In this document: in pieces, positions 12,650 to 25,189 of the stretch
How positions within the stretch are numbered: position 1 is the stretch's first letter
Layout of the letters: each line of letters opens with the position of its first letter
From: Podarcis gaigeae
Taxonomy: Eukaryota
DNA length: 64,000 nt
Strand: one strand, 5' to 3'
Assembly: GCA_964106915.2 (NCBI GenBank)
Contig: OZ066926.1
Notes under the pieces: model-generated
What the model saw: the letters and a program-made list of their open reading frames with translations, nothing else
Database searches by the model: none
Told to the model about the DNA's origin: nothing
Program-made: the position numbers and the translations under genes

Positions 12650-13975
12650 CCTAGAGAGAGCCAGATTCGGAGGTCATTAGTGCAGGGGTTGGGGGTCAGT
12701 CCCATCCCCTTTCACTACACCTCCGGCTGGCTAGAAAGGAGCCATAGAAGGCTGTTGAGAAAGTGGTCCCTTCCTTGCCCTAAATGTCCTTGGTCGCCCT
12801 CTGAAGGAGAGGAGGCCAAAGAACCAAACACTACTCCAAAGAAAGATGGCAGATCTCCCTTCCCAGGGTAAACAAAGAGAGGAGGGGAAACAGCTGCCTT
12901 CGGTTCTGTTAAGGGTTTAAGAGGAGGGGTGGTGGTGTCAAATAGAAGTTAGTGTTTTGTGGGCTGCCTCTTACATTCAACTCCCTGCTACAGTGGTCTC
13001 ACTGCTTTCACATACACCCCCACCCTGGCTGAGCGGACCGTAGAAAGACGAGGAGCAGCAAGCAAGGCTTAGTGTTCTCTAAGTGGCTTCTTGTGAACCA
13101 CAGGCAAAAAGGGGCTGCAAGTTTGGGAAGAGAGGGTGGCCTCAAAGGGGTCAGGGGGTTCCCATTTAGCAGGAGAGAAGTGTGTGGTTCAGCAGAAGAC
13201 ACAAAAAGAGTGGAGAGAGAGAGAACAACACTAGAAATTGGGACACAACTCTTGGCCCCACGGCTTGAAGGAAAGTTGGTGTGGAATGTGCATTTCCCCA
13301 GTCCACTCAGTGCCCCACTCATCTCTGCAACCCACACCAGTATCTCTCTCCCCATCACTTCAGACATGTTCCGGAACCATGAGCTGCAAAGGGACGGGAG
13401 TCTTCAGTGTTACTGCCCCAGACTGGCAAGCAGGGTAGTGCGGAGGTGTCCCCCGTCTCTGGGACAAGTGGTTGGAAAAGTGGACTAGAAGGGCCTCCCC
13501 AAAAAGGAACAAGGTGGAGAGGATGGTGGGTCCTTGTAGGGGAGGAAAGGCTACATCACTTCTCGACCCAAACCACACCAAGGGTCCTGCAATCAAGCTG
13601 CTCCTTCTTGATGGGAGATGCAAAACAGGCTGGCAAAACATATGCAGGTGGGTGAGGAAAGAAGGAGGAGGTCAACATTCAAAAGTTTGCATGGACAGCA
13701 GCAGAGGATCATGGGGAGTGGGCAATACTTGCCACCCAAAGGCTCATTAAAGGAATATATGGTATGTGTGTGCCAAGGCCTAGAAGAGCAGAGGGAGGTT
13801 TTAAGCAGCTTGCCATCTGGGTGGCTGGAGGGGGCACTGCAAGTCAGAACGCCCACCCGCTACCCACACAGACAGTACCCCCGATCCCAAGCCTTAGGGT
13901 CCCTCTTTGCAGCAAAGGGGCAGAAGAGAACGAAAGTTACGTCAGATCTGCGAAGTGCTCCCGCAGCGTTCTGGG

Positions 13976-14990
13976 TCAGAACGCTGTGATCTTCACCTGG
14001 TTCACGCCGGTGATTAGATTGGCCACCGAGTGGTGGATCTGCCCCTGGATGGGGCCGTACTCCACTCTCTCTCCGTCAATGGTGAGGATGCCCTTGCGAG
14101 TGAGGGGCTCGATGCGGAAGGCCCGGACGGGAATGTGGATGAAGTGCGGGCACTCAATGTCAAAGTGAGTGCCCTTCTCTGTGGCCAAGAACAAGCGGAT
14201 CAGGGCTGCCCGGGAGATGCCCGCCTTGATGTAGAAAAGGTGGATGAGGCCGTCGTTGAAGCAGGCAAAGGGCGCCATGAAGAGGTCGGCTCCCAGGTGA
14301 GACTGGTAGATGGCCAGCACAGAGACAAAGTCCTCCTCCACTGTCACCCACGACTTGGGCACCGGCTGGTCCAGAGGCACAAGGAACTCATCTGGGGGGC
14401 CGTGCACCTGCTGGGGAGACAGCGAGACGGAAGGCGTGGTCATGGGCAGCCCGGCCTCCCTGCGGTCAGCCACAAGCTCCTCCGACAGGTTCTCGAAGCT
14501 GAAGCTGGAAGAGTGGAAGCTGGAGGAAGAGGGTGGGGAGCTGGGCGAGGGGGTGGGCTCGTCGGCAGGCTCCACCTCCTGGAAGCAGAGGGTGTGGCGT
14601 TCCTTGCACAGGCCCAGGTCAGAGACGGTGCGGTGGAGCGGCCCGTGCTGGAAGGGGAGGCTCCCGTTGGCTGCCATGGTGATGCTGCGCAAGATGGGGC
14701 GGTGGGCAGTGCCCTCCAGGGCGGGCAGGTAGGAGAGGCGCCCCCGGTAAGTGTTCAAGGAGGCCAGGCGGACCATCGTCCCCAAGGTGAAGCGAGCTGG
14801 GCCGATGTGCCGGAACTTCTCGCTCTCAATGTCCACGTCGGAGATGAAGCCCCAGGCCACGCTCAGGAAGGAGAAGGAACGGGAGCCCGATGCGGTTGTG
14901 ACTGACACCAGGTCCAAGGGGGTCACTGCCCCGTGGCAAAGCAGGAGGGTGCAGTTTGTGAGCAGCTCCTGGCCCAAGGTCTGCTCAAAC
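13976..14990 (-). CDS. SPHK2: Sphingosine kinase 2, last coding exon (coding exon 5)
   Basis: Acceptor ctctgtcgggcag|G. Encodes FSFLSVAWGFISDVDIESEKFRHIGPARFTLG, an S/P-rich insert, and GILTIDGERVEYGPIQ, ending KITAF*. 1015 nt. Confidence 0.96.
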
Positions 14991-15671
14991 CTGCCCGACA
15001 GAGTGAGAAATGTGTCAGGGTTGGAGAAGCTCACTCGCCCATGCAATCAAATGGTGAGAGGCTCCCAAGGGGGGGGGGGCAAACACTGCCACAATGTGGG
15101 GTGCAGAGGCTGCATCTGTCACGGGTCAACAGTAGCACTTACATTTCTGTTTAGCCAGCAAACAATAGCCACATGTGCAAAACGAGGAAGAAAGATATAA
15201 ATAGCTCAGGGCCGTAATACCTCAAGAACCGCCTCTCTCCATATGAACCTACCTGGACCCTGCGAACATCCTCTGAGTTGGAGACACACTTTTTAGACAT
15301 GCATCATTTTGTGACACTAATTCAGTTTTTCCAGCATACTGGAGGTTAAATTAACCCCTTTCCAGCCCCTGAGGAGCGTGGGGAGGGTTCGCGCAACTCA
15401 CCTACACACTGCAGCTGACACACTAGCATATTGCAACACAAAGTTTGGCAAGCTCTGTTATACACCTTTAGATGTCAGGCGAAAACGTTCCTCTTCAATC
15501 AGGCCTTTGGCTGATTGACATCTGATGCCGTTTTAAATGTGTTGTGGAAGGGGGGGGCGGGTTATTGATTTGTTGTTCTTATTTTTACTATGCATTTGTG
15601 GTTTTTATATTGCAACTTTATGCTGTGAACCACCCTGAGATCCCTGAGATCTATGGATGAAGAGTGGTGTA

Positions 15672-15842
15672 CAGTCGTACCTCGGAAGTCGATCTTGCAG
15701 CCAATCGGTAGCCATGGAAGCCCCGTCGGACATTCGGTTTACAAAAGAAAGTTCGAAAACTGGAACACTCACTTCCAGTTTTCAATTGTTCGGGAGTTGG
15801 AATGTTCGATTTCCAAGGCGTTCGGGAGCCGAGGTACAACTG
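15672..15842. mobile_element. Tc1/mariner (Tigger-like) MITE
   Basis: TA|CAGTCGTACCTCG ... CGAGGTACAACTG|TA. Related copy at 19850-20102. Confidence 0.8.
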
Positions 15843-16431
15843 TATTAATATAAAGTGTCCCAGACACAAGTGTAGCTTGAATGCTGGACTACACCTGGGT
15901 AGACCCAGGTTCGAATCCACATCCATCCGAGAATCTCACTGGCTAACCTTAAACCAGTCCCTCTCCTTCAGCCTCAGCCTACACCTCACTGGGTTTGTTG
16001 GTTTATTATTAAATTTTTATTAAACTTTGTTTCGAGACTAAAAGGGAAAAAATTGTATCCTGCCTTAAACTCTTGGAGGAGCGGTAGGATGAAAGCAGAA
16101 TAATGACCATGATTATGGTAATTAGTTCTCAGCACTGGCCAAGCTGCTGATGTAACTTGCTCCCTACCCTTGAAAATGCAAAATTACTTGCTCAAAATTA
16201 CTGCAGCAAGTAGAACAGTCAGCTCTGAAACTGCAATCTGGCCTGGGAGCCCTGCCAATCAGTACCAGGTGAGTGGGAGCCTAATTAGCTAAAGAAGCAG
16301 CACTCTGTGCATGTTTGCAGGGATTCTTATATGCATCACCTTTACATATCCAAAAGTAGAGATCAGGTCCGGCTGAAGATGGAGCTCCAAGTATAGCCTA
16401 CTCCCCTGCTTCCCAGAAGTGGTGTGGAGCA

Positions 16432-16625
16432 GAGCCCGTGTGGTGCAGCGGTTAGTGTACTGAACCTGGGAGTCCCGGGTTCAAATCCCCGCTCAGCCAT
16501 AAAGCTCACTTGTATGACCTTGGGCCAGTCACTGCCTCTCAGCTTAAGCTGAGGGTGAGAACTGTGTGCGTGTCACCTTGAGCTCCTTGGAGGAAAAGGT
16601 GGGGTAAAAATTGTACTAAATAATA
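16432..16625 (+). mobile_element. MIR-like SINE
   Basis: A-box-like tggtgcagcgg, B box ggttcaaatcc, and core tgaccttgggccagtcac. Confidence 0.7.
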
Positions 16626-16790
16626 CAGTCACTGCTGCGGTTTCTTTGTAGGAAAGCTTTCGTAGTGCAAACACAACCCAAAAGCAGCAACTTTGGTAAC
16701 AACAAATACAAATTTAAATATATTTAAAAAACAAACAAACAAACAAGCAACAAGGTGGACTAAGCACATCTGTTAAGCTTTCCCACTTAC

Positions 16791-16906
16791 CCAGCTCTGA
16801 AGTTTATGGCAGCAGCTACTGCATTTCCAGACCCACAAGGGAGAATACCAAGGGGCATTTTTATGGCTTCTTCCCAGTCCGGCCGTTCCATCAAGCCATT
16901 AATAAC
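16791..16906 (-). CDS. SPHK2: Sphingosine kinase 2, coding exon 4
   Basis: ccag|VINGLMERPDWEEAIKMPLGILPCGSGNAVAAAINFRAG|gtaagt. 116 nt, phases consistent with neighbours. Confidence 0.96.
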
Positions 16907-16908
16907 CT

Positions 16909-16971
16909 GGAAGGAAGGAAGGAAGGAAGGAAGGAAGGAAGGAAGGAAGGAAGGAAGGAAGGAAGGAAGGA
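16909..16971. repeat. (GGAA)~15 microsatellite forming the polypyrimidine tract of SPHK2 exon 4
   Basis: Perfect tandem GGAA directly abutting the acceptor CAG on the minus strand. Confidence 0.95.
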
Positions 16972-17606
16972 GGAGATAGGAAAGTATTCATAACCTACAA
17001 TCCTAATAATGCAGGAAATGGGATGTGTGTTGGGGGGGGGCAAGAACTGCAGTCTGCAAATTCATGTTCCAAGAAACCCAAAATTCTCTCACTGAAGGAA
17101 CTGGGAGAGCAAAGAAGCTTCTGTAAAGACAGCTGGACCTTTCGCTTTTGATCCATTCCAGCAAAGTGCCTTGTAAAGGGAGGGCTGGGGGGGGGGGATT
17201 CTAGGTCTGGTTCTCAGGGAAGTAGCAAGTCCTGGGCCCTGGAAAGTCCCTGAAGATAACAAGTTCAAAACCCAAACAGAGGCACCAAAACCTATCATGC
17301 ATTTTCTTCACTGCTCTAATTTGCAAACAGCTGAGTCAGGCTTTTTTGATGCAGTGTTCAGCCTTGCCCTTGGACCCATGAAGACTAGAGACTCTGGGGA
17401 AGAAGAAGAACTACTGTGACTACACCAGGACATTGACACGCATGCCTCAAAGCAGTGAAGTGGGTCTTATGTGCCACAGTTCTAAGGGAGCACAAAAGAG
17501 CAACTCAGGAAACAAGTAACAGGAATAAACCCTAGTGAGTAGCCTAAGGGAAAGGTTCCAGGAGGCTGGAAGGCCAGTGCCTTGGCTAGCACTTTGTGAA
17601 CAATAC

Positions 17607-17701
17607 CTCATATAGCAGCCCATCTCCTGAAATGGATACAATGCCATCCCACTCAGCCAAGTTGATGTTCTGTACCAGCTCCCGGGCATGGTTCTGTCTC
17701 T
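17607..17701 (-). CDS. SPHK2: Sphingosine kinase 2, coding exon 3 (ATP-binding SGDG motif)
   Basis: cccag|(E)RQNHARELVQNINLAEWDGIVSISGDGLLYE|gtattg. 95 nt. Confidence 0.96.
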
Positions 17702-17902
17702 CTGGGCCAGAAAAGGAATAAATAGCATACAGATTAGTAGCAATTCAAAGCCACACTCCCACCCGAAGAAACTGATTCAGTGGCTGACCACCAGGAGACG
17801 ATTTTGACCTTTTCTGTATGTCTTGTCCTAAGTGAATGGAAACAGCAAACTGTTTGGGAAAAATTATTATTGCTGCTGCTGAAATTATATTTGCATGCAT
17901 CC

Positions 17903-17935
<33 letters not shown>

Positions 17936-18918
17936 CATGCGTACATGCATGTACATATACATTATACAAATATAAACGCATGGGCATCACAATTCATTGG
18001 TGCTGTGATCGAAAGCTTTGAGGCTATACATTTAGAAGATGAATATACATTTAACTTTCTAGCATTTAACGCTAACGATTACTTAGGAGTTAAGAGCTAT
18101 TTAAGTGCTCAAGAAGCTTTGCATACCTTCTTTCCGTAATCTAGGATTATTACCCCCTTGTCACAGGTTGCTGTGCAGAGGGACTGAGGCTGCTGTTTGC
18201 CTAGCAAGTTGGTGGCTGAGGCGACATTTGAACCAGGGACTTATGGCTCACAGGTTCTATGGTTCTTGCCTAGCCGCCGCCACCACCACCACTGCTGCTG
18301 TTTTTTGTTTAAACAAAAGTATCTGTTCCCAAATATTGCTGTGTTCCCATTTTCAACTGAGTTTCCCTTAAGTACTTAAGAGCAGCCCAGCTAGTTCAGT
18401 AAAAAAAAGAGCCCCACAACAAATGCATGATGATGACAGCATCCCTCCCTTTCTATAGATCCCCCGGTGTCTTATATTCAAAGATAGACTGCCCCTAAAC
18501 ACGCTGGCTCCATTGAGCTAGTATGGCTCAGAGTCACCAATAAGAACCAGCCTCCTCCTATTTGTCTACCCCCCCCCAACTCCACTTTTGAATCCATCTA
18601 CAGGCTGTGTTTCCTCTCCCCACATCCACAGGAAGCGCTGATGGTCACCAAGCTAGATGGCTTCGAAACAGGATTAGACAAATTCACGCCCATGCTCTGC
18701 GTCCACAGTGGGAAGCAACAATACTTCTGAATACCATTTGCTGGAAACCACAGCTCTGAGGGTTCCCCACTAGCATCTGGCTGGCAGCTGTGAAGACAGG
18801 ATGCTGGGCCAGACAGGTCTCTGTCTTGGTCCAGCTGGCTCTCCTTATGTTCTTACCCCCCCACGGCATCCATTCCCCTTGCCCCTTGAAGGCCGCCTTC
18901 CTTCTGCTGCCACCTCAC

Positions 18919-19068
18919 CTGTCTGGATCAAGTTGAAGCCGATGTCCGCCTCCGTGATCATGGGGAGGATGTGATTCTGGCACCACTGCAGGGCATTGCC
19001 CTTGCCTCCAAAGGGGTTCAACAGTAGGAGCAGGCGACGGGGACGGGGCAGGAGGCTGCGGCTGATCT
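18919..19068 (-). CDS. SPHK2: Sphingosine kinase 2, coding exon 2
   Basis: ccag|(E)ISRSLLPRPRRLLLLLNPFGGKGNALQWCQNHILPMITEADIGFNLIQT|gtgagg. 150 nt; contains the NPxGG C1 motif. Confidence 0.96.
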
Positions 19069-19189
19069 CTGGTTTGAAGGGAGAGAAGAGGGTGAACAAA
19101 TCAGGTGTTGCATTTCCCCTGTTGGAGCTGCATCTGTAAGCTGGTGCAAAACAAGAAGCTGTCTGCACGGTAAAGCTGTGCTGATTATT

Positions 19190-19712
19190 ATTATTAAGGC
19201 ATCAAGGTCCAGCTTTGGGGAACTTCTGACCCTCCTGATAAAGTTGAACTCCACTTCCCATCGGCTCAGACCACTGTCTGGGGCCAATAGGGGTCCAGTC
19301 CCATGGGAGGGGGCTGGCTCCTCAAGGACCACCTCTCTCCATATGAACCTACCTGGCCCTTGCAAACATCCTGTGAGGCCTTCTTCGTTTGCCTCCTCCA
19401 TGAGAGGTCTGGAGGGGGCCAACAAGAGAATGGGCCTTTTCTGCAGTGGCTCCTCATTTGTGGAATGCTCTCCCCAGATAGACTCACCTGGTGCTTTCAT
19501 TATACAACTTTAGGCACCAGATGAAAACGTTTTCCTTCAACCAGGCCTTTGACTGGTTGACATCTAAGGCCCTTTTAAGTGTGTTGTGGAAGGGGGGGAT
19601 TATTGGGTTATTTATATTTTTGTATGTCTTTTGTGTTTTTTATATTGTAGTTTTATGTTGTGAGATCTACAGGTATAGGGCGGTATACAAATTTAATAAA
19701 TAAAAATAAGTA
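19190..19712 (+). mobile_element. L2-type LINE 3' fragment (rearranged)
   Basis: Contains ctcaaggaccacctctctccatatgaacct...ggccttttctgcagtggct...tgtggaatgctctccc and an A/T-rich tail. Confidence 0.65.
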
Positions 19713-19849
19713 AATATCTGCATGACACATTTGACAGACACACCACAAAACCGATTTCAGAAGTGCTCGTGACACTGCAAGACATTCACACGGCAAGTGT
19801 GCATTCCCATGTGACATGGGTAGCTGGGAGTTCATGCCCTAACAATGTA

Positions 19850-20102
19850 CAGTCATATCTTGGAAGTCAAACGGAATCCATTCTGGAAGTCCATTCGACT
19901 TCCAAAATGTTCGGAAACCAAAGCGTGGCTTCTGATTGGCTGCAGGAAGCTCCTGCAGCCAATAGGAAGCCGTGAAAGCCCATCGGACGTTCAGATTCCA
20001 AAGAATGTTCGCAAACCGGAACACTCACTTCTGGGTTTGAGGCATTCGGGAACCAAAACGTCCGAGTACCGAGTACCAACATCGAGATCCAAGGTACAAC
20101 TA
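19850..20102. mobile_element. Tc1/mariner (Tigger-like) MITE
   Basis: TA|CAGTCATATCTTGG ... CCAAGGTACAACTA|TA. Internal palindrome gattggctgcagga / tcctgcagccaat. Confidence 0.75.
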
Positions 20103-21121
20103 TACATCAGAGGCAAATGCCCAAACTGTGGTCGTTGCTAGCTTTCGCCTGTGGAGGCTTGCTGATCCCAGATGCCTGCTGTGAATGCCTGGAAAACTAA
20201 AGTGGAAATCTGATCAAAGAAATCTAGACAATAAATTATACCAAGTCTGAACTGATTCCGTCTACCTGGATGAATAAAACAATAGTTCTGAAGATGCTTT
20301 CTTTGTTTTGATAGTTGATCTATGTAATTGTCTGAGTAGAAGCAAGCCTTCCTTGGTGCAAGAGAAGTGGAAAATGCTTCTCCTGCAATGGCACAGCCTC
20401 CACCCATGATTTTTCCATAAGCACTTGTAGTAAAAAATGGTTTTCTCAAGCCAGTGCCACAAAGGGGTTTAGCGTGCTGGAAAGACCCAGGTTCAAATCC
20501 TCACTCGACCATGAAATTGACCATGTAACCTTGAGCAAGTCACTCCCACTCCATCTCACCTTACTTCACAGGGTTGGTGTGAACATTAAATGGAGGTGGA
20601 AGAAGTACAAGGCCCTTGGAGGAAGGGCAGGATGAAAATGTCGTCAAAGTAAGCACATAAAAAAACAACCTTTTCATAAGGCATTCTCCACCCTGCTGAG
20701 TCAAACCAGCCATCTCGTGTGTCTAAAGGACCTTAGGTCTGTTCTTTCCCTCTGTTTATTCAAAGTGATGTATTTTTAACTTTATTTTTTATTCAAGTTC
20801 TTACAAAAGAATAAAGAATTCTTTAAAAACCATGTTTTTAAAAGGCTGGGCTGACCTGGTTTCCAAACCTGCTGCCACTTGAGCCTGATCAACAGATTTA
20901 TTTATTTTTAATATCTACTAATGTAGAACATTTAATCTGCTAAACAGTGTAGCCCCAGTGAGCACCACAAGAGAAACAAGGGTGGGTGCTGACATTCACA
21001 CAAATACCATTTCCAGTTTTCATGGGTGGGGCTGAAAGCGTTCATGTATTCTTAGACATCAACCGGCAATCCCTGACACATTTTCTGTTCATCACTGGGA
21101 TGTACAACCTTCACTGTGACT

Positions 21122-21122
<1 letters not shown>

Positions 21123-21158
<36 letters not shown>
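21123..21158. repeat. (AC)n microsatellite
   Basis: Perfect dinucleotide run. Similar runs at 1382-1400 and 17903-17929. Confidence 0.95.
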
Positions 21159-21161
<3 letters not shown>

Positions 21162-23529
21162 GGAAAGCTCATATTTGCAGTGGCCTCTAGTTTAAAGTCA
21201 CTTGTTTCTACAATGACTTCTTATGGTGCTGCAATATGCAGCTGACTCTGGGGAGGGAGCTGCCACTTAGACCACAAACAGATTTTCAGGAGAGTTAAAG
21301 GTGATACTGAGAGCCATTATTTCCTGTGGTTTTCATTCATGGGCTTTTTTCAAAAACCGTGGTCTCACCTTTGCTAGCCTTTACAGGGCATCGAAAACCC
21401 AGAAATAATGTTTAACCACAAATAGTGTAATTGAGACAGAAATTAAAACTGTGTTTGCTCACCATGACTAATGATAGCTGCCATGCCACCTTTAGCTTTC
21501 AGGGCGGGGGAAGTATCACTCCTCCTCATCCTTATATAGGTTGCTTGTCTTTTTAAAGCCATTCCTTACAAGAGTATCAACCCTCGCTAACCTGCACACC
21601 CAGCGCCTTCCTCTTAGCCGAGCCACACCATACATTTAAAGCAAAGAAACTGTAGCTCAGCCCTCAGAGAACTAGAATTCCCAGAACCCTTTTAATTAAA
21701 CTACAGAGTCTGGCTGAGAAGAAGGTAGCAGGCTGGCTTTGGCTCCAGGGCTGCAATGCTGTGGCAGGGGGAAAAACAACCCCGCAAGTCCCAGGATTCT
21801 CTAGGAGGAACCATGTGTTTTTAAAAGCATGGTGTAGCTCTATAGTCTCCTCTGGAATCATCTTGAAATGCTGAATGTTCCTGGCATGAGGCTGTGACCT
21901 AGAAATGGGAATCCCCACCACTAGACTTCCTGCTAGTTTTCCAAGGGCAAAAACACACGAGATAAAAAAGCACCCAGGCAGGCAGGAAGCCTTAAGAACG
22001 AAGGAAGGAAGCTCTGCAGCCTGAGGCTCCAAAATAACTAATCCATCTTGGAAGGCAGATACTAATTTGGAAATACCCACAGAGCATAACTGGTTATGCC
22101 GAGCGGGAGGCCAAACGCTCTCTGGGCTGTACCTAAAATGAAGGTAGCACTTCGCTGTGCTGCCAAGGTCACGGCCAGTTGCATTCAGTGGCGCAAGGCT
22201 TTCATAAGACTTTCAGGTACCTTGAACTCCTTTCATAATTCTGGAGGGAACACCCAACGAGCAGAACTTGTGCCCATTTCAATACAAAGAGGAACAAGAT
22301 GAACTTTAAAGAGATGTAGAGATAGAGCATTCATCCTCAGGGTATTCCTCTGGGCCAAACTTCAAAATTTTGGGATACTTTGGGGAGGGGAAGGCATTAG
22401 GGTTAGGGTTAGGGTCAAAACAGCAAGAGGCAATTTAAACATTGCAGGGGGTTGGGCTGGATGACCTCAGGGTCCCCTCCAAATCTACAATTCTATGATT
22501 CTCTACAATTTCCTCCCTGTTGTAATAGTTTTGTTGCTGACAGGGGGAGCAGAGAAGAGAGTTAAATCCTCCCTCAGTGCCTTCTCTGATTCCATTTAAT
22601 AGCCACCCTCCCCCACCCAACCAGGAATTTGCATTTTTAAAAACTGTCATCTTACATATAAGGGACTGGAGCTCCCCCCCTTTTTTTTAAGCCTCCGGGT
22701 CCAGGGAGGACCTCTTTAAGAGGTGGGCATAACTCACTCCTGAAGCGAGGCATCACCCACTTCACTGACCCTTTTCACTAGCCACAATGGGCAGGTAAAT
22801 CAAGAATATGTAAAATATGTAGAATATTTTATGTAGGGTTTTGTGCGTGGCCAACCTTTGTGACAAATAAAAACATGTTTAATGGAAAACAATAGTCAGG
22901 GATATGGAAAACAAGTCCTACAAGGAAAGGCTGAAGAGCATGTTTAACCTGAAGATAAGAAGGCTAAGGGGACTCCTAATAAGACAGAAAAATTTGTTCT
23001 CTGAGGGCCCAAAGGTCAGGACTAGCTCTCATGAGGTAATACAGCATTCCTGAATCTGGCATCGTTAGACTCCAGCTCCCATCAGCCCCATCCAGTGCAG
23101 CCTGTGGTAAAGGATTATGGGAGCTGTAGTCCAACAACACCAGAGGCCTATATGCCCCCAAGTGAGACAGGCCACAGGGAGAAAAATGTTTCACAAGAAA
23201 TGATAGCAGCAACTTTGTTCCCCTTCCTTCTTGTGTTGAGGGCAGAGTATGCATACAGGTATCCAGTTTTATGAGAAAACAGTGGGAAAGGCACGTGCAG
23301 GAGATACCCATGGGAATGTTTTGCCCTGAGAATGAATGCAATCTGCGAGGAGCCTTTGCTGATGAAGAGGCAGGGGTGTGCAAACAGGAACTTGGCTCCG
23401 TCCTCAGTGGCTCCCACGGGGTTCTGGGGAATGAAACGAAAAGCCGCCTGCACTGCAATCTGGAACACGGATGAAAGAGCGCATAATTTGCATGGCACAT
23501 GAGGGAGATCAGGACTGCTTAGGGTAATG

Positions 23530-23845
23530 AGAGCCGAGGTTGCACAGATAGATGTGCCATCTCCGAGTGCCTTCTGGCGGTTCCCTCACTGCAAGAAGTG
23601 AAGTTGTAGGGAATGAGATAGAGGGCCTTCTCGGTGGTGGCGCCCTCCCGGTGGAGCGCCTTCCCATCAGATGTCAAGGAGATAAACAACTACTACACAT
23701 CTTCCTGTATTGGGAAGTTTTTTAATGTGTGGTGCTTTGCTGTGTTTTTATTACATTGTAAGCCGCCCAGGAGTGGCTGGGGCAACCTAGTCAGATGGGC
23801 AGGCTATAAGTAATATATTATTATTAATGCATTATAATTATTATT
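23530..23845 (+). mobile_element. L2-type LINE 3' fragment
   Basis: Same family as 338-690 (cttctggcggttccctca...gatgtcaaggagataaacaact). Confidence 0.7.
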
Positions 23846-24719
23846 AAGGCCAGGAAAGTCACCATCTCTACAATCCAGGCTGAGGAAGGATGGAGAGTTC
23901 GGCCCCCCCTGCCACTACATTACCATGCTTGGGGTGTTGCAGGAAGGGACTGTTCTCCTTTAAGGGCAGACTCGCTTTCTACACTGGGCAGGGGAGTGCT
24001 CTGGCTATCCTTTGCCGGCCCACCTGCTGCGCCACCAGGGCAGGGCTTGGGGGTTCAAGACCCAGGGGGCATTGCTCCATTGGGTGGGCAGTAGCGCACG
24101 CACACACAAACCTGCTAAAGGAAGCAAGGCTGTGTCATCATGTTCTGAAGGGAGTGAAGGACTCCACAAGGCCATCTACAGGCTCTGTTCAGTCCAGAGA
24201 CAAAAATTAGCTGTACACTTCTGCATGAACGGCATTGGAGTCTGCTGAATCAGGCCAATGGCCCATCTTCTCCAACATCCTGCTCTCACCGCAGCTGAGC
24301 CTGTAAGGTGGACATGAGAGCAACAGCAACTCGTGCAATTTGTGATTCCCAGCGCTTGGTATTGAGAGGAATGGTGCCTCTGACAGTGGAGGTAAAAAAT
24401 GAAACCACTCTGGCTAACAGGCACTGATAGGCCAAAATATAAGGTGACTGGTGGTTGTTGCTGTTTTTCTGCAAAGCTGCCATTTATTCTGGGGGAGCCG
24501 CGGGGGAAGAAAAATTAAAAGTGCCACAGTTTGGGGTGGGGAAAACAGCTTTAAGTTTGTAATTTCACACAACCTAATCTGTCAGGGCTTCCTTGCAAGA
24601 GACTCTGAGTAAAGGATGGGGAGACATTAGGCAAAATCGGCAATGGGGCACTGACATCCAGTGCGGCACAGAGGTTAGAGTGCCAGACTAGGATCTGGGA
24701 GACCAGAGTTCAAATCCCT

Positions 24720-25189
24720 GTTGTTATTTAGTCATTTAGTCATGTCCAACTCTTCGTGACCCCATGGACCAGAGCAGGCTAGGCACTCCTGTCTTCCACT
24801 GCCTCTCGCAGTTTGGTCAGACTCATGTTTGTGGCTTCAAGAACACTGTCCAACCATCTCATCCTCTGTCATTCCCTTCTCCTTGTGCCCTCCATCTTTC
24901 CCAACATCAGGTTCTTCCAGGGAGTCTTCTCTTCTCATGAGGTGGCCAAAGTATTGGAGCCTCAGCTCACTGTCCTTCCAGTGAGCTGATTTCCTTCAAA
25001 ATGGAGAGGTTGGATCTTCTTGCAGTCCATGGGACTCTCAAGAGTCTCCTCCAGCACCATAATTCAAAAGCATGAATTATTCGGCGATCAGCCTTCTTTA
25101 TGGTCCAGCTCTCACTCCCATGCATCACTACTGGGAAAACCATAGCTTTAACTATACGGACCTTTGTTGGCAAGGTGATGTCTCTGCTT
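24720..25189 (-). mobile_element. 5'-truncated RTE-BovB LINE with 11-bp TSD, inserted into a MIR-like SINE
   Basis: Translates KSRDITLPTKVRIVKAMVFPVVMHGSESWTIKKADRR..FELWCWRRLLRVPWTARRSN (BovB ORF C-terminus) with a short (CAA) tail. TSD TTCAAATCCCT at 24709-24719 and 25190-25200. Confidence 0.9.

Noticed and set aside
14030-14905. 291-aa plus-strand ORF
   Set aside because: Antisense shadow of the GC-rich SPHK2 last exon; no independent motif.
14991-15046. ORF-track N-terminus MHGRVSF... suggesting a standalone 356-aa gene
   Set aside because: Intron read-through upstream of the acceptor at 14990.
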